DNA of 64,000 nucleotides from a virus (taxonomy: Duplodnaviria > Caudoviricetes), in the IMG/VR virus record IMGVR_UViG_3300037249_001368, positions 114,154-178,153 of that record; one strand, written 5' to 3'. Numbering within the stretch: position 1 is the first letter of the stretch; each line of letters starts with the position of its first letter. Shown in pieces: positions 50,875 through 58,511 of the stretch. The notes below the pieces were generated by a model that saw only the letters and a list, made by a program, of their open reading frames with translations, did no database searches and was not told the DNA's origin. The position numbers and the translations under genes were made by a program.

Positions 50875-52671
50875 ATGACCAACGAAGAAAAATTAGAACT
50901 TTGGAAAAGAGCATCTGACGCTTATTACAATTCCGATGAGCCCATAATGGAAGACATGGAATTTGATGAGTTGACTGATGAACTTAAAGAAGCAGGTTAT
51001 AACCTTGATAAGTACATAATGATGAAGCAAGGTTTGGAAGATGTTTCCAACCAAGATTCATCTAATATCGGTTTACAGGTTTCTCTGAAAAAGATTAAAT
51101 GGAAAGACCGTTCCACCGTTGCAGAAATACTGAAGTTTTTCAGAAAGTTTCCTAGAAGTAATTTCTATGTGGCAGCCAAGTATGACGGTTGTTCTCTGAA
51201 ATTGGTTGAGGAGGATGGAACCATTATGACTCGTGGTGGTCAGGATGTTACCGAAAAAATCAAAAACAACCACACAATCCTTAAAGCGAAATCAGACATA
51301 CATACCAAAACAGGTTATATCGTTGGTGAATTATTGATGCCAAAAGCATCATTCAACGAAAAATACTCTGAAGATTTTAGTAACCCAAGAAACATTGTTG
51401 CTGGTGCGTTGAACAGAAAAGATATATCACCAGCGGTTATCAATGATTTAGAGTTTGTTGCATACACCGATGGAATGAATCCATTGCTTGATACCAATGT
51501 TTGGATTAAGATACCTGAATTATCAGTTTCGGGATTGCTTGGTTATGAATTCGATTTGACCAAGTTCATTGAATATCTGAAATCTGACCAATTCCCGTAT
51601 TTGGTTGACGGTATCGTGATTGCTACACCTGTTGAAAAGCGAGAAATTGTTGATAACTATCCTACAAACATGGTAGCAATCAAATTCCCATCAGAGGTGG
51701 TTGCAACCAAAGTTATTGACATCGAGTGGTCACAGAAAAAGACCTCAAAACTCACCCCAACGCTCATAACAGAACCTGTCACAATTCAGAGTACAACAGT
51801 ACACCGTTGTGCTGGTAACAATTACGCGTGGTTGCGAGATAGAGGTATAGGTGTAGGCTCAGTTATCAAAATCACAAAATCAGGTGACATCATTCCTCAC
51901 TGCGTTGGAGTTATTTCCAAGGGCACAATTAAAATGCCCGAAGTTGAGTATAAAATCATCGGTAAAAATCTGATAGCATCAGAAGATAACATCGAAACAA
52001 AGCAATCAAAGTTCTTTAATGCCATCAGAAGGCTTGGGATAAAAGGCATCGGTGATGTTCTGAGTAACATAATCGCCGAAGAATCCGATTACGACATATT
52101 CAAGATTTTCGACAAGAATCGTAAGATTGATTATCTGTCAAAGTTAGGACCTGATTCAGCAAACTGGAAGATATTCTCCCAAGTTTATGACATTAAAACA
52201 TTGCGTCTTTCTGATGTAATCTTTATGTGTCAGTTCAATGGTGTCGGTGATAAATTCTCAGAAAAGATATCATTGGTAATTTCTAAGAAATCTACGGATG
52301 TATCCAACTTATCTGATTATATCATAAACAATGTATGCCGAGGAGAAGGTTTCCAGAAAATCAAAAGCAGCATGCATGAGTTGATTGGTTACGGAATTTC
52401 GGTGGTTTTGGATTCTGTCACAGATGAAAATACCATCACATTTGAAATGACCGGCGAACCTCCGGGAATGACCAAGGACCAATATGTTGCTTTAATTACA
52501 AAAAGATTTCCTCAGATGAAGCATATCAGCCTAAAGAAGGATACCAATCTAGTTATTACTAATAACAAAGCGAGTAATTCGGGTAAAATGACTAAGGCGA
52601 GAAAGTACAATATCAAAATTGTTACGTACAACGAAACCTTGCTTCCGACATTTGACCCGAGCTCATTATAA
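50875..52671 (+). CDS. ligA: NAD-dependent DNA ligase
   Basis: ASDAYY...EFD, KYDG, TRG, GEL, NPRN, DGIV, AIKF, GDIIP, HhH repeats, BRCT. Confidence 0.92.
   Translation: MTNEEKLELWKRASDAYYNSDEPIMEDMEFDELTDELKEAGYNLDKYIMMKQGLEDVSNQDSSNIGLQVSLKKIKWKDRSTVAEILKFFRKFPRSNFYVAAKYDGCSLKLVEEDGTIMTRGGQDVTEKIKNNHTILKAKSDIHTKTGYIVGELLMPKASFNEKYSEDFSNPRNIVAGALNRKDISPAVINDLEFVAYTDGMNPLLDTNVWIKIPELSVSGLLGYEFDLTKFIEYLKSDQFPYLVDGIVIATPVEKREIVDNYPTNMVAIKFPSEVVATKVIDIEWSQKKTSKLTPTLITEPVTIQSTTVHRCAGNNYAWLRDRGIGVGSVIKITKSGDIIPHCVGVISKGTIKMPEVEYKIIGKNLIASEDNIETKQSKFFNAIRRLGIKGIGDVLSNIIAEESDYDIFKIFDKNRKIDYLSKLGPDSANWKIFSQVYDIKTLRLSDVIFMCQFNGVGDKFSEKISLVISKKSTDVSNLSDYIINNVCRGEGFQKIKSSMHELIGYGISVVLDSVTDENTITFEMTGEPPGMTKDQYVALITKRFPQMKHISLKKDTNLVITNNKASNSGKMTKARKYNIKIVTYNETLLPTFDPSSL
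52527..52554 (+). promoter_or_regulatory. intragenic bipartite promoter (CAGCCTAA-N16-AGTT)
   Basis: exact-spacer copy in the ligase 3' end, pointing into the tRNA/ncRNA locus. Confidence 0.65.
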
Positions 52672-52689
52672 CAACGAGCAGCAAAGCAA

Positions 52690-53335
52690 AGCTTCAATAG
52701 AGTGCGGTGATACGCCGCCGAACTTCGACGGACGCCGTCGTACTGGCTCACAAGTTCAAGTCCCAACAACTTCTTAGCGTGAGCCGTCGATGCGGGTTAG
52801 AGCAGTAGGTAGCTCGTCAGACTCATAATCTGGAGGTCGGGGGTTCGAGTCCCTCACCCGCTACACCCAGTCGAGACACTCTTCGGACAGCCGTCTTCAC
52901 CGTCAGTCAGCGGCTTTTGTAGTGTCAGGTAACTGGTTTTCGCCCAACATCGGGCATCATCTCCCATCTTGAGATTCGGTGAACTCATTTGGGAGCAACA
53001 ACCAAAGAAAATCCTCATAATCCGATTCATTCGGAAAGAGAACGCCGGGTTCATTGGACCTAAATGCGGGTTAAGGCCTGCCGTCGGAACGTTACCGAGT
53101 CCGTTATCGCCATGACAGACCGACTCAGTCGCAGGAGCGGCCGCCACAGGAGAAATTCTCTACCACCCGTTCATTGCACTCGCCCCTCCATCACAAATCT
53201 TCAGCTGGACATCAGCGAAGCATCGCAGGGGCCCGCCGCGCCAGAGTCCAAACATTTGGGCGTTTTTCTTAGACTACCCTCTTCCCATCATAGAAAGGCA
53301 GAACTCCTTTTACCTGCCAACGGCTGTTGAGTTCA
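52690..53335 (+). ncRNA. candidate large structured non-coding RNA flanking/embedding the tRNA
   Basis: GC-richer than flanks by eye, no credible ORF, at least ten stems; G-U pairs favour the plus strand. Confidence 0.55.
52791..52863 (+). tRNA. tRNA-Met(CAT), initiator type
   Basis: cloverleaf TGCGGGT/ACCCGCT, D stem GAGC/GCTC, loop CTCATAA, GTTCGAGTC; 1:72 mismatch, A11:U24; CCA not encoded. Confidence 0.92.
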
Positions 53336-53361
53336 ATCATGTCCGGATATATTTGAACAGT

Positions 53362-53390
53362 CAACCTAATCATAGTACTGAGGTGTGGTT
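53362..53390 (+). promoter_or_regulatory. possible promoter variant (CAACCTAA-N17-GGTT)
   Basis: motif match with a 17-nt spacer. Confidence 0.4.
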
Positions 53391-53479
53391 TTTAGAGTCA
53401 CACCAATGTGAAAGCTTGTTCATAATCGGTAAAAAATACGTGTTTCAAACAATGACTTGAGTTTACACACCACAGCTCT

Positions 53480-53767
53480 ATGAATAAAAAAGTACAGGAA
53501 ATCAATGGTCGGAAAATCACCGACTATGATGAAGAGTACCGAGGTATTAAGATTCTGTGTAGAATCACGGAAACCAACATATTCTCAAGCACCAAGTCTT
53601 CGACTTACATAGTTGATTATCCTGTAAAAATCACCGAAATAATTCCTAAAGGAAAAGTCATAAACTATTGTGAAGATGTTGGGTACGGATTACCGACATT
53701 CACAAATCTGAACTTAGCAAAATCTTTTATTGATAGAATCCTAAATCCCGAACACATACAGTGCTGA
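53480..53767 (+). CDS. hypothetical protein
   Basis: 95-aa ORF followed by a terminator. Confidence 0.65.
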   Translation: MNKKVQEINGRKITDYDEEYRGIKILCRITETNIFSSTKSSTYIVDYPVKITEIIPKGKVINYCEDVGYGLPTFTNLNLAKSFIDRILNPEHIQC

Positions 53768-53805
53768 GAACCCGAGTTTTCTTAGGAAGGCTTGGGTTTC
53801 TTTTT
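53767..53805 (+). terminator. intrinsic terminator
   Basis: gaacccgagttttc/gaaggcttgggttt + T tract. Confidence 0.75.
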
Positions 53806-53821
53806 GCAAAAAATATAATCA

Positions 53822-54451
53822 ATGACAAAATTTTACACTACACCTTACACTTTGAAGTATTTTGACTGCAGCAATTACGAAGGATGGCAGACTAAATCAG
53901 TATCACAAAAACTGGATATTATAAGAGAATTTGTGGAAACAACTCCTGAATACCAAAAACCATTTGATGTAATCATAAAGATACCTGTGAAAAAATTTAT
54001 GGAGCCTCAAACATTCCAAGAAATTCCTGAACTATTTCTGCAAGTATTAACTGCACCAAAAATTATCAATGAAATTTTACTCCCAATCGAGAAAGAACAC
54101 CTTATAGATTATTTAGACCCAAATGTCGCAGAAAAGTATGGAAGAGATTTTAATGAAGAGGTCGAGGTTTTTGGCGATTTTTGTGATAAGATGCCCTCAG
54201 AATATCACGTCCAATGTCATTACATACCAAAAGAATACAGAGAATATCTGAAAAATTATTGGAAAGGGGTACCGTACAAAGAAGAAATAGAATATGCTCC
54301 GTTGATAAATGACAAACGGATTCTTATAATCGACCCCTACGCAAAGGGATTGACCCAAATTTCTCAGTTTACCCAATGTATACTGGAATTTTATGACCCA
54401 AGTGAATCTATTGTTTTTACATATAATGACCATAAGGAATGGAAACCATAA
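53822..54451 (+). CDS. PRTase-like protein with degenerate PRPP-binding loop
   Basis: paralog of the next gene; INDKRILIIDPYAKGLTQ. Confidence 0.65.
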   Translation: MTKFYTTPYTLKYFDCSNYEGWQTKSVSQKLDIIREFVETTPEYQKPFDVIIKIPVKKFMEPQTFQEIPELFLQVLTAPKIINEILLPIEKEHLIDYLDPNVAEKYGRDFNEEVEVFGDFCDKMPSEYHVQCHYIPKEYREYLKNYWKGVPYKEEIEYAPLINDKRILIIDPYAKGLTQISQFTQCILEFYDPSESIVFTYNDHKEWKP

Positions 54452-55194
54452 CTATAGACATATCAAACAAAAATGTTTTGTGTGGTTCTGATACACCCAA
54501 CAATATCCAAGAATATCGTTACACATCACCAATAAACGGGCTGTATTATGACAGAATCAACGCTAAGTCTTATAGGCTCATTTCTGCTTTCAGAAGACCT
54601 TATATTGACGAAATTATGTTTTCGTGGAAATATGAAAACGGCTGGTATATGGGTCAAAAAGTAAAAGAATCAATTCTTAGAAACGCTGTATCAGAACTTG
54701 GTTCATTTGACACCATAATAGAGATTCCTTCGATTAGTACAGTGAATAAAGAAATAGCTGTCTCATTGTGTAAAATTATTCCTCACACGAACCATGTATA
54801 TGAATATTTCTTGGGAATGTATAAATCATCTGCGGTAGAAACTGTGAATGTTGCTATGCTTAAAAGTGACGGTTTGGATGTCAAGAAATTTTTCAAGGAT
54901 TTGGAGAAATGGTTCGACACTATGCCTGCAGAGTATTTTCAGTACAGACACATACCACCTAAATACAGGAAATATTTTGATAAAGAAAAAGCCGTGCCAG
55001 AGGAATCTGTTCTTGAATATGCAGAAATGATAAATAACAAACGTGTTCTTGTAATTGATGACACAATTTCTACCGGTAAATCCATCACCGATTATTGTAA
55101 GGCAGTTGTGCAATCATTTACCCCGAAAGAACTAATCATATTCACAGCATTTTTCACCACCAATAAGAAAGTTATAAAAGAAATCAAGTCATGA
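54439..55194 (+). CDS. type I phosphoribosyltransferase-family protein
   Basis: NNKRVLVIDDTISTGKSI PRPP-binding motif; IIEIPS. Confidence 0.8.
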   Translation: METITIDISNKNVLCGSDTPNNIQEYRYTSPINGLYYDRINAKSYRLISAFRRPYIDEIMFSWKYENGWYMGQKVKESILRNAVSELGSFDTIIEIPSISTVNKEIAVSLCKIIPHTNHVYEYFLGMYKSSAVETVNVAMLKSDGLDVKKFFKDLEKWFDTMPAEYFQYRHIPPKYRKYFDKEKAVPEESVLEYAEMINNKRVLVIDDTISTGKSITDYCKAVVQSFTPKELIIFTAFFTTNKKVIKEIKS

Positions 55195-55487
55195 GATTCA
55201 AAGAAACAGAAACATATCAGTGGTTACAAACCCTGAATCAAGACGCCAGAAGTAAAGCCCAGCGCCGTATTTTTGCTATGGCATTGGCGCACAAAAGAGG
55301 TAAACTAAATTCTAAGTATCTTTCCAAAGACATAGAAAAACTGTCTAGATTGGATGTAGAGACCCTCGAAAAATTCGCCAAGACCAAGCAGAAAAAACGC
55401 AAAAAGGACGGCACCATTTCTAAACGCAACGCCCTGCCTAATTACATGAAAGACGGGAAAGCTTACCGTACCAAGCCCAAGAAATGA
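55191..55487 (+). CDS. DUF3008-like basic protein
   Basis: ARSKAQRR...ALAHKRG...LEKFAKTK. Confidence 0.7.
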   Translation: MRFKETETYQWLQTLNQDARSKAQRRIFAMALAHKRGKLNSKYLSKDIEKLSRLDVETLEKFAKTKQKKRKKDGTISKRNALPNYMKDGKAYRTKPKK

Positions 55488-55516
55488 CAGGTGTCATTAA
55501 AAACACACAAAACCAT

Positions 55517-55544
55517 CAGCCTAAACCAAGTCCCGCTTTTGGTT
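55517..55544 (+). promoter_or_regulatory. phage bipartite promoter (CAGCCTAA-N16-GGTT)
   Basis: exact-spacer copy upstream of the topoisomerase. Confidence 0.8.
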
Positions 55545-55573
55545 TTTATAATAAAGTCAAATAATTATGAGCT

Positions 55574-56983
55574 ATGAGCAGTAGCAAAAACTTAGAAGTA
55601 AATCAGGAAATCACACCTATCAAGATTTCAAACTTCTTAAATACAGACGTTAAGGATTATGCACGGTATTGTATTGAGACCCGTGCTTGTCCTAAACTTG
55701 CTGATGGTTTAAGGACTGGTGCCCGTAAGATTGTGTACGCGGCTCTGACTGGTGATTTGAAGTCTAAAAACAAAGTGAAATGTTTGGCACTCGTCGGTGA
55801 TACTATGAAGTTGGAATACCACCACGGCGATGCTTCGTTATACAACACGATTGTTCAACTTGGTTCTGACTATTTGAATAAGTACAAACCCTTAGACATA
55901 ATTGGTCAGATTGGTTACATTCGCCAAACAGATATTGATGTCGCTCCTCGTTACTTATCAGTGTCAAAATCTAAGTATATTACGATGTTTTCCACTGACA
56001 GTGAACTTTGGGAAAGACAGATGGAGGACGGTACCAAGATTGAGCCAAAATCTTTCTTCCCAATCATTCCTAATATAATGCTGTACAGAACCAATTCTCC
56101 TGGTTTTGGTTTCAGTTACAGAGCATTTTCCTATTCGTTGGAATCAATCATAATGAATTGTATCGAGGCCATAACAACAGGTCAATGCAGCGGGGATAAT
56201 CAGTTAAAACCAGAAATCGACGGTTATGATAGCAATAATTTCATATACTCGTACCGTAAATGTTCTTGGTACAGCATTGGAAGTTATGAAGTGGATTTGG
56301 ATGATAACCGTTTGACTATCACGGATTTACCATACAGCGTCCAATACGAGCAGTACGAAAATCATCTACAGGATTTGAAAGACAGGCTCATCATTAAATC
56401 TTTCACAAATCTGTCTACAGGAAATAATGTAAAGTACGTGATAAGATTTGGTTATGGTGTCTTGGAGCGTCTGTATCGTGATAAATGGAAATTCTACCAA
56501 ACATTCAAGTTGTGTAAAAAGGTCGCTCCCGATATTTACAACGTAATCAATGACCACAATAATATAGTTCATTACGAAAACGGTTATCAGCTGATTGAGG
56601 CCTTCGTAAAGAACCGTTTGAAGATTTACGAGAAGCGCAAAACCAACACAATCATTTATCTTCAGGGTGAGATTGCTCGCTTGAGCGAAATCATTAAGTT
56701 CATCAAACTGTATATCAGTGGTGAAATCAAAATCAATCAACGTCCCATTGCGGATATCAAGAGGGACTTGCTCAAGTTTGAATTACCTGAATCGGTACTA
56801 AAGATTGCCATCGAAAAACTGACTAAGGAGGAAATAGAAAAACTTGAAAAAGAAATTTCTGATTTGAAAGCCTACCTAAAGTATATTCAAGAAACTAGTA
56901 TTGAAAAGATGTACCTGATTGAACTCATAAAATTGAAGGAAGAGTTCACGGGTCCTATCGTAGATATGACCAAGATTAAATAA
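55574..56983 (+). CDS. type IIA topoisomerase DNA-cleavage subunit (T4 gp52/GyrA-like)
   Basis: DGLRTGARK, YHHGDASL, APRY catalytic Tyr, ITDLP. Confidence 0.92.
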   Translation: MSSSKNLEVNQEITPIKISNFLNTDVKDYARYCIETRACPKLADGLRTGARKIVYAALTGDLKSKNKVKCLALVGDTMKLEYHHGDASLYNTIVQLGSDYLNKYKPLDIIGQIGYIRQTDIDVAPRYLSVSKSKYITMFSTDSELWERQMEDGTKIEPKSFFPIIPNIMLYRTNSPGFGFSYRAFSYSLESIIMNCIEAITTGQCSGDNQLKPEIDGYDSNNFIYSYRKCSWYSIGSYEVDLDDNRLTITDLPYSVQYEQYENHLQDLKDRLIIKSFTNLSTGNNVKYVIRFGYGVLERLYRDKWKFYQTFKLCKKVAPDIYNVINDHNNIVHYENGYQLIEAFVKNRLKIYEKRKTNTIIYLQGEIARLSEIIKFIKLYISGEIKINQRPIADIKRDLLKFELPESVLKIAIEKLTKEEIEKLEKEISDLKAYLKYIQETSIEKMYLIELIKLKEEFTGPIVDMTKIK

Positions 56984-57001
56984 TCAAAGAACCATATAAT
57001 C

Positions 57002-57994
57002 ATGGAAAATCTGTATAAAATTTATAACAATGTTTCTTTGGCAGAATCAATGGTTACCAATGTCATTAGTAAAAAGGGCAAGGCAACCAAGGAACAGATT
57101 TTAGCCGAAGTAAAGATTTCAGAGAACGCTTTCGATTCCATCATCAACAAACTTTTATCAAGTAATGTTATAAAAATCAGTGGTGATGCCTATGAGTACA
57201 CAACCCCGCTTAAGGGTGATGTTGTGGTTCTCGATGGCGATTTGCTGTTGCCTGTTTCAGTTATCAACGAAGGAAAAACGAAGATTGTTTCCAGAGGAGA
57301 TAAGTGGTATAGATTCAGTGCCGATTTTGATTTGAGGAGGATTGTTTGGAATGTGAGTCTTAAGAACTTGGGAAATGCAGGGAACAGAACTTTGGTTGAT
57401 TTGTTGACGACACAGGTGGTTGCGGAAAAGAGCAGAGGTATCAAACATCTGTCCGAGTACGACCACTTGGTGAATAAGATTGTGCCCTACAGTGATGAGA
57501 TTGGTTTGTTGATTAACAAAGTAGGTGAATACTTTGTTGATATTTCAATAATCCACAAAATCAAGATTGGGGATGGGGACATTTCTCAAGTAATCAGAAC
57601 ATTTAGAACTCATTCAGAGATTTCGACACAGGAGTTATTGTTGGAATTGAACAAAGAAACCGAAGACAGGAACTTTGAAAACATCCAACTGGAACACTGT
57701 ATCAATATCGAGGATATAATCATCACAGGAAATGAGATTCCTGTTTCCTACGCAAAAGATAAGTATGGAACTGAGAGTCAGTATATGACTGATAAACTCA
57801 AGTATCTGAAAATCAAGAAAATGTCAAAGGAAATTGCCTTTGATATTTGTGTCAGGGAATTAGGAGGTACAACCACGGTGATTGACAGTTTCACATACGA
57901 AAGTATCAGTGAAGGTATCGAACAGATAATTTCTTTGTGCAAACCATTCGTTGACAAACTTTTCAGAGTCAACGATTTTGTTTTGGATATTTAG
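57002..57994 (+). CDS. hypothetical protein with N-terminal winged-helix-like domain
   Basis: KGKATKEQILAEVKISENAFDSIINKLLSSNVIKISGDAY. Confidence 0.6.
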   Translation: MENLYKIYNNVSLAESMVTNVISKKGKATKEQILAEVKISENAFDSIINKLLSSNVIKISGDAYEYTTPLKGDVVVLDGDLLLPVSVINEGKTKIVSRGDKWYRFSADFDLRRIVWNVSLKNLGNAGNRTLVDLLTTQVVAEKSRGIKHLSEYDHLVNKIVPYSDEIGLLINKVGEYFVDISIIHKIKIGDGDISQVIRTFRTHSEISTQELLLELNKETEDRNFENIQLEHCINIEDIIITGNEIPVSYAKDKYGTESQYMTDKLKYLKIKKMSKEIAFDICVRELGGTTTVIDSFTYESISEGIEQIISLCKPFVDKLFRVNDFVLDI

Positions 57995-58037
57995 TATGGG
58001 TTACGCTATCAGAAATCAATCAAATAATCGTAATAAA

Positions 58038-58511
58038 ATGGGAGCCGCTATCAGAAAATGTACGCAGGAAATGGTAACCAAACTCAAAGAGATGGGTTAC
58101 GTGGATGGCACATGGCCTCAGTACAAAGACAGGCCTATGGAAGAAATGTCATTGGCCACTTATGTTGGAAACGCTCGCAGTGAATCGTGGGATTTCGTGT
58201 ATTTCATGGTTCCTTCAGAAGAATGTTTTCATAAAGACCCTCGCCGTAATTGGATTGAGAACAGGACAGTTTTCACCGACGAAGAAGCGTTTCTTGCTTA
58301 CGCCGCTGCCGAGAAATTCCACATGTGTATTCAGTATCTTTACAAGCATTGCTGGTTTGTTGACAGAGATGGTTTGTATAAGCAATGTGAAACAGCAAAA
58401 CCAACCGAGGAAGAATTTCCTAAGGATTGGTGGCGTGTAGCAACTCCCCAAGACATAACCGAAAGTTTTGAGTCATGGCAGAAAATCCACAGGAAGAATA
58501 CGTCGTCGTAA
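58038..58511 (+). CDS. hypothetical protein
   Basis: ORF with probable ATG at 57996 or 58038. Confidence 0.6.
   Translation: MGAAIRKCTQEMVTKLKEMGYVDGTWPQYKDRPMEEMSLATYVGNARSESWDFVYFMVPSEECFHKDPRRNWIENRTVFTDEEAFLAYAAAEKFHMCIQYLYKHCWFVDRDGLYKQCETAKPTEEEFPKDWWRVATPQDITESFESWQKIHRKNTSS

Noticed and set aside
52752-52766. Second tRNA suggested by gttcaagtccc
   Set aside because: T-loop-like sequence without a pairing T stem or cloverleaf.
52512-53330. ORFs 52512..52769(-), 52854..53147(-) and 53064..53330(+)
   Set aside because: Atypical composition, no A-rich start context, and overlap with the tRNA, ligase or structured region; likely by-products of higher GC.
52864-53335. RNase P RNA, tmRNA, SRP RNA, cobalamin riboswitch or theta ribozyme identity
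   Set aside because: Only fragments resemble these (ggaaag...ccggg, gccacag, gtcaggt, acctgcc). The full conserved cores, tRNA-like ends or a G-started HDV fold after the tRNA are not seen. A covariance search is still needed.
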